A DNA stretch of 64,000 bases from an uncultured Chloroflexia bacterium (GTDB lineage: Bacteria > Chloroflexota > Anaerolineae > JAAYZQ01). How positions within the stretch are numbered: the stretch's first letter is position 1; the number at the start of each line of letters is the position of its first letter. The position numbers were made by a program, and so were the translations under genes. The DNA lies in contig CAVOXA010000001.1 in NCBI GenBank assembly GCA_963700285.1, forward strand, positions 512,001 through 576,000. The letters are read 5' to 3'. Below the pieces are notes generated by a model that saw only the letters and a program-made list of their open reading frames with translations, made no database searches and had not been told where the DNA came from. Below, piece by piece: positions 55,387 through 64,000 of this stretch.

Positions 55387-56613
55387 TTACTCAGCTCCGT
55401 GGCACACCGTGCACTGCGTGTTGGCATAGTCGCCGTGGTTGGATGGGGCAGGCCTGACTTGCCCGTCAAGGCTGTGGCACATCAGACAATCCTCCTGGCC
55501 TGCCAGCCCGTGGGAGATCTGTGGCGAGAGGCTGACGACCAAGGCGGCCATGGAAGATGCCCATCCTTCCGGCGTGTGGCAGACGGTACAGTCGCCCGAT
55601 AGGTGGCCCTCTGGCCGCTGATGGCATGTGCTGCACTCGTGCTTCGGTGCGGGCTTGCCCCCGCCATGGCATCCCTCGCATGGCGCGCTCTGATGGGCAC
55701 CGGTCAGTTCCACGGGGTGCAGTTCTGCTGGCAGGACCGCCGCGTCCTGGAAGCCTATGGGCGTGTGGCAATCCTCACAGGCTGGGCCATAGTGGGGCTG
55801 TCCTGGCGGCTCGTGGCAGTCGCTGCAGCTGACTCCAGTCGCCTGCTCAAAGCTCGTGTTCGGGTGACAGTCGGAGCAAGCAGCCTGGGCATGCCCGGCC
55901 GTCAGCTCTAGCGGGTGTGTCGCCATCTCTACCTGCTGCCATGCCTCTGTCGACTGGTGGCACCCGCTGCAGTCCATGGTTCCCGTTGGTTCATGGGCAG
56001 CGATGTGGCAGGTGTCGCAGTCGCTCAGCTCGCTGTTCAGCTGCTGCGTCTGGTGGCAGTCCAGGCAGACACGCATTGGACAGATGATCTCCCCACTAAC
56101 CGGGTCATAACCGTGACCGACGCCACCGTGGCAATCACTGCAGGCTACTCCCACGGCCTCGCCGTGGCTCACGGCGTCGTGCGGGGTGCGCAGCCGGTCT
56201 TCCGGGAACTCGGCGGGTAGGTCTGGGTGACAGGCAATACAAACTCCGGCATTGCCGATACTTGGGTCAGTGACCATGCCCCTATGGGCCCTTTCCCTAT
56301 CTACAGCGACGGCGTCGCCATAATGACACGTTGCGCAGGTCAGCCGGCCGTGGGGAGTATCTTTCGGTTGAGGTTCGATGACCAGGCGTGCCATCTCGCC
56401 ATCTGTGGCGCCCTCACTGGCCAGTACTTTTGGGTCCAGGTGGCATGTCTGGCAGTTTTCTGAGCGTGGATCGGCTGTCGCTGGCTGCTGGGCCCTGGAT
56501 GCCTCCGCTCGGGTCAGCGGTTGTAGAAGCAGTACTACAAAGACTGTGAGCAGGATCAGCCCCGTGCCGGCCAAGACCACGGCCCGGCGAGACCATCGTC
56601 GGGTCGCCGGCAC
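55387..56613 (-). CDS. Membrane-anchored multiheme cytochrome c (15 CxxCH)
   Basis: 15 CxxCH counted in one ORF; N-terminal TM; paralogous to 38044-39181. Confidence 0.9.
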   Translation of the reverse strand: MPATRRWSRRAVVLAGTGLILLTVFVVLLLQPLTRAEASRAQQPATADPRSENCQTCHLDPKVLASEGATDGEMARLVIEPQPKDTPHGRLTCATCHYGDAVAVDRERAHRGMVTDPSIGNAGVCIACHPDLPAEFPEDRLRTPHDAVSHGEAVGVACSDCHGGVGHGYDPVSGEIICPMRVCLDCHQTQQLNSELSDCDTCHIAAHEPTGTMDCSGCHQSTEAWQQVEMATHPLELTAGHAQAACSDCHPNTSFEQATGVSCSDCHEPPGQPHYGPACEDCHTPIGFQDAAVLPAELHPVELTGAHQSAPCEGCHGGGKPAPKHECSTCHQRPEGHLSGDCTVCHTPEGWASSMAALVVSLSPQISHGLAGQEDCLMCHSLDGQVRPAPSNHGDYANTQCTVCHGAE

Positions 56614-57746
56614 TCTGCCCCGATAGGCGACCGCCTGGCAGGATGGGTAGGAAGCGAACCGCTAGCGCAAAGATGAGCACGCCGGCCGCGATCGCCGCCG
56701 CTGAGACGACCAGCTCCATCCAGTGCGGAAAGTACGACGCCCCAGACGGGGCGCTCTGGGCCACCAGGGCGACGCTGGTGCGGTTGATAGGCCAGGCCCA
56801 GCAGCACACAGCCGGATCCAGCGATCAGACCCGTGCTGCTTTCCCTGATCTTGCGCTGGCCAAAGAGCACCATGGGCAAGATCACGCCGATCAGGATTTC
56901 GGCCAGGAACAGAGCCGCTGTACCTGCCCTCCGAGAACACCATCCCAGCTCGCCAGCAAGGATCAGGTCGGCTACCTTGAGTACCAGGTAGAAGCCCAGC
57001 AGCACCGACACGACCCGGGCCAAGTTGCTGAGCAAGTTCAGGTCCAGACCGCAATGAAAGATCCTCTTGCAGATCGATCCGACAAAGATGGCCATGGATA
57101 GCCCGGCAAAAGCGGCCGATGTGAAGAAAAATAGTGGCAGCAGCGGCGTCCACCACAAAGGATGGAGTTTGTAGGGCATGAGCAGGAACAATGAGCCCAG
57201 CGAGGACTGGTGCAGCGACGACAGCACGATCCCGGCGCCAGCAGTCAGCACGGTGAGCATCCCGATAAGGCGCAGAGGTTTCTGCCAGTTCAGGCGCTCC
57301 AGCACGGCAGGGGCAACCTCCAGGAGCATGATGCCCATATAGATGGTCAGGCAGATGCTGACCTGGAACATAAAGGAGTGGATGTTCCAATACCAGGGAA
57401 TGAGGACGTTGTAGAACTGGTGCCAACGACCCAGATCCATTACCAGGACTGCAATGACCATCACTTCGCCAAGAAAGCCGGCCAGAACTACCGGTCGAGC
57501 GATGCTGTGGTACTCCCTGCGGTTGTAGATGTGGGTTACGGCCAGGATCATGAACGCCCCGGCAGAGAAGGGCACAAAGAATACATCATACACGATCCAC
57601 AGGCCCCAGGGATAGCCATCGCTCAGGCTCGTCGTAGAGCCCAAGCCGTTGATCATGCGGACGATGCCCACCCCCGCCCCAACGGCGACGAGGACGGCCA
57701 GGAGAAGGAGGCCGATGGGCACACGGCGTTTGCTGGTCAGGATCAT
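56614..57746 (-). CDS. NrfD-family membrane subunit (HybB/HmcC-like); frameshifted, 3' end uncertain
   Basis: GLG..T.LSDGYPWGLWI, DLGRW, SSLHQSSLGSL and LHPLW motifs. Confidence 0.88.
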
Positions 57747-58675
57747 GGCTCGATCTCCTCTTCTTCGCCCGCCTTTTGGTCAGGCAGCGACTCCTCGTAC
57801 CGGATCTTCTGCCGCCGGCCGCCGGACAGGTAGTAGAGGCCGCCCAACATGAATGCAACACTCGCCGCAACACCAGCCGAGCCATAGGTGGCTACCGCCT
57901 CACTCAGTGCCGTGACAGGCTCTGACTTGAGCTCGGGGAAGCCCAATTCCTCAAAGGGTACGGGGGAAAGATAGATCCAGGATGTGCCCCCGACCTCTTC
58001 CCTGCCGTAGACGTGATGGACATACCGATCAGGATCTGCCTGGATGCGCGCCTCGGCTTCCACGATCAAGGCATCCCGGTCGCCGAATACAAGGGCCCCG
58101 GTCGGGCAGGCCGCAGCGCAGGCGGGCTCCATCCCCATTTCCTGCCGGTCCACACAGAAGGTGCATTTGCGAATCCGGGGCAGCGCCTCAGCCCATTCGA
58201 ACTTGGGTACGCCAAAGGGGCAGGCCACCATGCAGTAGCGACAGCCGATGCACCGGCTGCAGTCATAGACCACGGCGCCATTCTCCAGTTTTTGCAGGGC
58301 GCCCACCGGGCAGGCTGACACGCAGGCCGGATCCTGGCAGTGCATGCACTGCCGCTTGACAAAGACCCGGTATTGCTGGCCGTTTCTCTCGATTTCATAC
58401 AATTCGGGTAGGGTCCAGGTTTCTGCTGAGAGGCAGGTTCCGGTCGGGTTGCTCTCTTGACCTGGGCCCTGCTCCCCCTGCAGGTGATTCCACTGGCTGC
58501 ACGCTTCCTGGCACCATCCACAGCCAATGCACTTTGTGAGATCGCTCAGCATACCCTTCGATCCGGTCGATGGGGTCCTAATGGACGGTGACGCGTTGGT
58601 GGTGCTGCCTGGCAGCAACATAGCCCCCGCAGCGATCCCGCAGACCTGAAGGAATTTTCTTCGATCAAGCTCCAT
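57743..58675 (-). CDS. Tat-exported 4x[4Fe-4S] protein (HybA/HmcB-like)
   Basis: DRRKFLQ; CIGCGWC, CMHCQDPAC, CIGCRYC, KCTFC; YG..EVGGT; C-terminal TM. Confidence 0.92.
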   Translation of the reverse strand: MELDRRKFLQVCGIAAGAMLLPGSTTNASPSIRTPSTGSKGMLSDLTKCIGCGWCQEACSQWNHLQGEQGPGQESNPTGTCLSAETWTLPELYEIERNGQQYRVFVKRQCMHCQDPACVSACPVGALQKLENGAVVYDCSRCIGCRYCMVACPFGVPKFEWAEALPRIRKCTFCVDRQEMGMEPACAAACPTGALVFGDRDALIVEAEARIQADPDRYVHHVYGREEVGGTSWIYLSPVPFEELGFPELKSEPVTALSEAVATYGSAGVAASVAFMLGGLYYLSGGRRQKIRYEESLPDQKAGEEEEIEP

Positions 58676-58722
58676 TGCTTTTCTCCTCATTCCTTTTCCA
58701 GATTATTCTTGGCTGAATGGCC

Positions 58723-58899
58723 TCAAGCCGCCTTGCCTCCGGACCTATACCTCCGGATGAGATCGCTCGAGCCAAGCTGCCGGAACGCCAGGAAGGCACC
58801 CAGCACGACCAACCAGACGAGTGTTCCCGGCAAGAGGGCAAAGAACCCGCCCAGGATGACATGTCCAACCGTCACGATACTCTGTAGAACCTGTTCCAT
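58723..58899 (-). CDS. Small membrane protein, 58 aa (not in the ORF track)
   Basis: MEQVLQSIVTVGHVILGGFFALLPGTLVWLVVLGAFLAFRQ...; AGAGGAG RBS. Confidence 0.6.
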   Translation of the reverse strand: MEQVLQSIVTVGHVILGGFFALLPGTLVWLVVLGAFLAFRQLGSSDLIRRYRSGGKAA

Positions 58900-58960
58900 T
58901 GCAAGGTCTCCTCTCTGACAGTAAGGTAGTGTTCTCAGGATGGAGCGGCAACACAGCGCT

Positions 58961-59089
58961 TTAGTGTCGCTGTGTCTTGGCCCGCGCGCTCTTGAATCGC
59001 TCCAGCAGATCGGTTGACAGAAGTAGGGCGGGCGCCAAGAGTACGAGAAGCGTCCCCAACACCAAAGCGACTACTGCATACGTGTTCAT
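58961..59089 (-). CDS. Small membrane protein, 42 aa (not in the ORF track)
   Basis: MNTYAVVALVLGTLLVLLAPALLLSTDLLERFK...; AAGGAG RBS. Confidence 0.6.
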   Translation of the reverse strand: MNTYAVVALVLGTLLVLLAPALLLSTDLLERFKSARAKTQRH

Positions 59090-59105
59090 GGCTATAACTC
59101 CTTTT

Positions 59106-59381
59106 CTAAATGGATTGCCTGGGCTGTTCTTGAGTCATTTGGCTCGGACTGGGGGACAGGACTCTGGACATCAGAAGTATGGCTCTTGTGCCCACCGCAG
59201 ACCCACGTGCAAACCCCTGGATGTGCCCGGCTCGTGGCAGCGTTACTTCCTCTTTGTGTACTTTGTCCCGTACGATCGAGATCAGGCCTACAATCACCGC
59301 GACCCACACCAAGGCGGGTACAAAAAGGGTGATCACGATTCGCAAGATCCAGTCGACTGCAACCTGGAGTGATTCCATCAC
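59106..59381 (-). CDS. Small membrane protein, about 90 aa
   Basis: ILRIVITLFVPALVWVAVIVGLI helix; GAGG RBS. Confidence 0.6.
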   Translation of the reverse strand: MMESLQVAVDWILRIVITLFVPALVWVAVIVGLISIVRDKVHKEEVTLPRAGHIQGFARGSAVGTRAILLMSRVLSPSPSQMTQEQPRQSI

Positions 59382-59508
59382 TGTACTTCCTCTCAGATTC
59401 CCGCCAGAACCGATACACCTCCAATGGGCTTCACGATTCTCCCTACTGGGTGTGCAGTCTGCTGGACTCCAACGAGAGACTCACAGACAACCGTACCACG
59501 CTGCAACC

Positions 59509-59685
59509 AATATACCACCGCGCGCCGGCCCTGTCATCGGCCAACACGCCAAATCCGCACTGGCAGAAAAGCGAGTCTCTGCCCTCCACCGGCTGCCCAA
59601 CAGTGGCATCGGTCTAGGCAGATCTGCCCAGATGCCGGTGGGGCCGGCCAGGTATTCTTGCCAGTGTGGGCTAGGCATTCTTGCC
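59509..59685 (-). promoter_or_regulatory. Promoter of cytochrome operon 2 and upstream operator array
   Basis: Minus-strand ATGACA-17-TATATT at 59509-59537; three GG(C/T)A-N4-TGCC boxes at 59617, 59651 and 59674. Confidence 0.5.
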
Positions 59686-59783
59686 CGGTCTGTGCGCAAG
59701 TCCGCTCCACTCCTTCAAAGCCAATGACCTGTGGTCAGATGATGGTTGCTCACTGGTCAATCATGCTAGGCCCAAGATCGTTA

Positions 59784-59812
59784 TTGACAGGCTCCCTGAG
59801 GGTGGATATAAT
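59784..59812 (+). promoter_or_regulatory. Consensus sigma70 promoter
   Basis: TTGACA-17-TATAAT upstream of the response regulator. Confidence 0.75.
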
Positions 59813-59843
59813 CCATCCACCTGATAGCAGGCAGAGGAGCAGA

Positions 59844-60509
59844 ATGCACAGGATACGAGTTCTCCTGGCCGAAGATCATATCTTGGTTCGGGAGGGAACC
59901 AGGCAACTTCTGGAGCGCGAGAAGGACCTCCAGGTAGTGGCCGAGGCCGGCGATGGTGAGGAGGCCGTGCGCCTTGCGGCCCAGACCAAGCCTGACGTGG
60001 CCCTGGTGGATATTTCCATGCCCAAGCTCAATGGCATCGAAGCCACCAGGCAGATCAAAGAGATTTCGCCCGGTACGGCCGTTCTGATTCTCACAGCCTA
60101 CGATGACGATCAATACGTTTTCGCCCTTTTGGAGGCCGGGGCTGCCGGATACCTGCTCAAGAACGTCCGGGGCCGCGATCTTGTGGAAGCCATCCGAGCG
60201 GTCAACGCTGGTGAATCAGCCCTCCATCCCGTGATTGCCCGCAAAGTTATCGACCGCTTCTCGCGTACCTCCGGCCAGCCGCCTGAGCGACCTGCCTCGG
60301 ATCCGCCAACTGAACGGGAAATGGAGGTGCTGAGGCTGGCGGCCAAGGGGTTGAGTAACAGAGAGATTGCGGATCAACTCTGTCTGAGTACCCGCACCAT
60401 CCAGGCCCACCTGGGCACCATTTTCACCAAAATGGAAGTCGGCTCGCGCACTGAGGCCGTGGTTCAGGCCCTGCGCAAGGGCTGGCTGGTGCTGGAAGAT
60501 ATCGAGTAG
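59844..60509 (+). CDS. NarL/LuxR-family response regulator
   Basis: AEDH, VDISMP and GYLLK receiver motifs; TEREMEVL HTH. Confidence 0.93.
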   Translation: MHRIRVLLAEDHILVREGTRQLLEREKDLQVVAEAGDGEEAVRLAAQTKPDVALVDISMPKLNGIEATRQIKEISPGTAVLILTAYDDDQYVFALLEAGAAGYLLKNVRGRDLVEAIRAVNAGESALHPVIARKVIDRFSRTSGQPPERPASDPPTEREMEVLRLAAKGLSNREIADQLCLSTRTIQAHLGTIFTKMEVGSRTEAVVQALRKGWLVLEDIE

Positions 60510-60519
60510 GCAGGTTGGC

Positions 60520-62080
60520 ATGGAAAGAGACGCGACAGCCCTGGCAGAATCGCCGGGAGGGGTGGGACAACGCCTGATGCGGGTGTTACGCAGTCGCTAC
60601 TTTTGGATAGTGGTGGGCATGCTGGCCATCAGTTCCTTCTTTCACTACTTGGGCCTTCACTCCTTTCTTAGGCCTGTGTCTTCTCTGCCCATCACGCGGT
60701 ACGCCGTAGGGCGCATCATTTTTCTCCTGCCCGTCGCCGCAGCAGCTTTTGCCTTCGGTTACGTGGGGGGCCTGGTCACGCTCCTCGTTGCTATCCTAAT
60801 CATGTTGCCGCGGGTGTTTCTCGTTTCGCCCCACCCCCTGGATGCTCTCATTGAGACGATCGGCATTACCCTGGTTGGTCTCATCATCGTCTGGATGATC
60901 GAGACACAGGACAGGGAGAAGAAGTTGCGCCAGCGGGTTGTCGAAGAGTTGGAAACGATCAATGCCATCAGTGCTGCACTCTGCCAGTCCCTGGATCTGG
61001 ACCTCACGCTTGACCAGGTACTGGGCAAGGTCCTGGATGTGGTCCCTGGCCTGGGCGCAAAGGGCGGACTTTTCCTGTTGGATGCCCAGGGGCAAACCTT
61101 GCACCTCCGGGCCCACCGGGGACTGACAGCCGAGTTTGTCCAACAGGCATCAGAGGTTCCCCTGGATGAGTGCCTGTGCGGGCTGACAGCCGAGACGAAC
61201 GAGGTGACTGGTTGTGGAAGATGCGCTGAATCACCCCCGGCATACCCGATGTCCTGAGCGGGAGCCTCATTCGCACATCTGCGTCCCCTTGCATTCCAAG
61301 GATAGGCTGCGGGGTGTCATGGACTTTTGTCTCCCGGAGACAAGAGTGGTGGACGCTTTGGACAGGCAGATGTTCGCCGCTATCGGCAGGCAGATTGGCG
61401 TGGCGGTCGAGAACGCGCGCCTGTATGAAAACTTGCGTTTCTACGTCAGGCAGATCACCAGGGCGCAGGAGGAGGAGCGTAAGCGGGTCGCCCGCGAACT
61501 GCACGACGACACGGCCCAGGGCCTGATCGATCTCACGCGCCGGCTCGACGATCTTGCTGCCTCGGGCGAGGTACATTCCGAGTACGCCACGGCGCGCCTC
61601 GAGGAGTTGCATGAGCGAATTGAGGATCTGTTGCAGGGTGTACGGCGCTATAGTCGTGACCTTCGGCCATCTGTGCTGGACGATCTCGGATTGCTGCCAG
61701 CAGTGGAGGGGCTGCTAGCCAATATTCAGGAGACCGGGACGAGGGCCGAACTGCTGATCGTTGGTGATCAGCGGCGCCTGTCCCTGGAGGTAGAGTCGGA
61801 GTTGTACCGCATCGTGCAGGAGGCCCTTCACAATGTGCGGTGGCATGCCCAGGCCTCGCAAGTTACGATTACCGTCGAGTTTGGGCAGGACCGTGTCCGG
61901 GTCAACCTGCAGGACAATGGCCGCGGCTTTGAGGTTCTGGGCACAACCAGCGATCTGGCATCGATGGGTAAGTTTGGCCTTGTTGGGATAGCGGAGCGTA
62001 CCCAACTGTTGGGGGGGCACTTTTCGGTACAGTCGGAAGTAGGTGTGGGGACGACGGTCACTGTGGATGTGCCGGTGTAG
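60520..62080 (+). CDS. Membrane GAF plus HisKA_3 sensor kinase (frameshift near 61210)
   Basis: TM helices, GAF (ECLCG, HICVPL), EERKRVARELHD, QEALHN and DNGRGF. Confidence 0.9.
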
Positions 62081-62112
62081 AACTGCCGGGCAAAGGTGCG
62101 ACCGTCACCCGA

Positions 62113-62763
62113 TCACACATAGTCCTCGATACGATTCCGCGCGGCGTAGGCCGCCGCCTGGGCCCGGGAGTTCAGGTCCAGTTTGCTCAGGATCATGCTG
62201 ACATAGTTGCGCACCGTCTTTTCGCTCAGGTGCAGCGCCTCTCCGATCTCACGGTTGGTCTCTCCCTCGGCCACGCGGGCCAGAATCTGCATCTCCTGGG
62301 CGTTGAGACCTGCAAAGGCGTGGGCCCGCTCCTGTAGCCGCATCTCGCGCATCTTGGCAAAAACGCGGCCCATGACTGCCGGATCGATCAGGCTTTCGCC
62401 ACGTCCTACCCGCTCCAGAGCCCCGATCAATTCGTCGGAGCCGATCTGTTTGAGGACATAGCCATCGGCGCCATTGGCAATGGCCTCAAAGAGGACCTCG
62501 TCGTCGGGGAACGAGGTCAGCATGATCACACGCGTCTCGGGCCGGTCAGCCTTGATCTGCCGGCAGGCCTCCAGGCCGGTACCGCCCGGCAGACGCACGT
62601 CCAGTACGACCACGTCAGGCGCCAACTTGCTGGCCTGCTCCACTGCTTCACGGACTGTGCCGGCCTCGCCGACTACCTCCATCTCTGGCTGGCGATCGAT
62701 GAGGGCTCGTACCCCCACGCGTACCACTTCGTGGTCGTCGACCAGCAATACCCTCAAGCCCAT
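62113..62763 (-). CDS. NarL/DevR-like response regulator
   Basis: DDHEVVR, LDVRLP and [11 protein letters not shown] motifs. Confidence 0.93.
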   Translation of the reverse strand: MGLRVLLVDDHEVVRVGVRALIDRQPEMEVVGEAGTVREAVEQASKLAPDVVVLDVRLPGGTGLEACRQIKADRPETRVIMLTSFPDDEVLFEAIANGADGYVLKQIGSDELIGALERVGRGESLIDPAVMGRVFAKMREMRLQERAHAFAGLNAQEMQILARVAEGETNREIGEALHLSEKTVRNYVSMILSKLDLNSRAQAAAYAARNRIEDYV

Positions 62764-64000
62764 GTTTCCTCAGGTTCTAGTTCCAGGGTTGCTTCATCCT
62801 TGCCTTCGCAGGGGATCGTCAGTACCAGGCCAAGCCCCTGCCCAGGGTTACCATCCAGGACAAGCTCTGCCCCCAACATATCCGCCCGTGCCTGCATGTT
62901 GGCCAGCCCTGACCATGATAGACGCCATCAGATAGACCCTTGGGCGCCATTCCCTTGCCATCGTCCGCAATCGTCAGGCGTGTGGCGCTGCCCAGATAGC
63001 TCAGTCTGACGGTCACGTGCGTGGCCTGTGAATGCTGTACCACGTTGCTCAATGCCTCGCGCGCGATCTGTGTGATCTGCGACACATCCCCAGAGCCCAT
63101 CCAGCAGCAGCGCTGTCCCCGTGACCTCCAGGTCCACTTCCAGCAGGGTGTCCAGCCGCAGATCCCGGACAAGCTCTTCCAGGACCATCTCTAGCTCACG
63201 GGTCTGCTCCGCGGTCTGTAGATCAAAGATGTAGCGGCGGATATCCTGGATCGTTAGGTTGAGGGCGTCCATCACGCCCCGGATGCGTGTCTGGGCCTGA
63301 GGAGGATCTTCAACGACCAGGAGGTGGGCATCCTCCAGGCTGAGGCCGGCGGCATAGATCCTTTGAATGATGCCATCGTGCAGCTCCCGGCCGATCCGCT
63401 CCCGGTCCTCGGCCAGGTGCCGCGCCAGGTCCATTTCTGCCAGGCGGCGGTCATCTTCCGCCTGGAATATCTCCAGGGAACGGACGACAAAGAAGGCCAT
63501 GGCCAGGCCGCACAGGGAACGAAAGACGGGCGCCGGAATGCGCACAGTCGCATCCAGGAGGCTATAGTTCAGAATACTGGCTGGAAAGACGGGGGCCGCA
63601 GGTACCAAAATGCCGCCGACAAGGGCATACACCAGGAAGGAAGCCGCCGCACCGTTCAGATAGGTGGCAATGCGGCTCAAGCCTAACCCCCGCACTTGGC
63701 GGGCCTGGCGGAACAAGCCCACGCTGGCCAGGATCGCTCCGGGGAGACATAGAACGTAGCGGGCCCAAACCTCGCCAACCGCGACCAGCATGTTGAGGGC
63801 GTCCTGGGCCAGCAGGCCGCGCAGAAAGACGGCGGTACCCCACAGCATGAGGACCACGGCCGGTACGGCGCGCAGCCACTGCTGCCGGGGCAGAAGGGGT
63901 AGCACCATCTCGACGCCAAACTGGAGCAGGAAAAAGTACGAGACGGCCAGCAGCAACAGGTGGGCGACGACCATCACGCGTACGACGGGGTCCGGCAGGT
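62754..64000 (-). CDS. Multi-TM HisKA_3 sensor kinase (partial at window edge, frameshifted)
   Basis: [18 protein letters not shown] and DDGKG motifs across frames. Confidence 0.88.

Noticed and set aside
56614-58675. HybA/HybB-like pair as evidence for a hydrogenase-2 operon
   Set aside because: No NiFe large or small subunit or maturation gene is in the window; the partner is a multiheme cytochrome.

Overview
GC-rich bacterial window, most likely Chloroflexota (Anaerolineae-like). This taxon is inferred from P/T-linker surface proteins, sortase-type tails, the proS type and the phasin/PhaR set. Many single-base frameshifts, even in lon and proS, point to uncorrected long-read indels. The first ~36 kb is housekeeping and metabolism: a four-cNMP membrane protein, glycoside hydrolases, phasins/PhaR, mogA, a PHP-Schlafen fusion, lon, fmt, a nucleobase-catabolism cluster with a collapsed xanthine-dehydrogenase operon, and proS downstream of a candidate Pro-rich leader-peptide attenuator. 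The main result is a ~23 kb respiratory island (36.2-59.5 kb). It holds two NrfC/NrfD-type quinol-oxidising modules with no catalytic Mo or NiFe subunit and four multiheme cytochromes (about 50 heme motifs). Two of these cytochromes are paralogous lipoproteins with a conserved in-frame UGA (EGEG-U-GGS) followed by a SECIS-like hairpin. The island also has two secreted tandem-rhodanese proteins with VPETG sortase tails and two paralogous PadR-DUF4388 Cys-rich regulators with a candidate shared operator. My inference is a cell-surface selenoprotein-cytochrome system for sulfane-sulfur or chalcogen redox in a monoderm. No database searches were run, so family names come from motif recognition.
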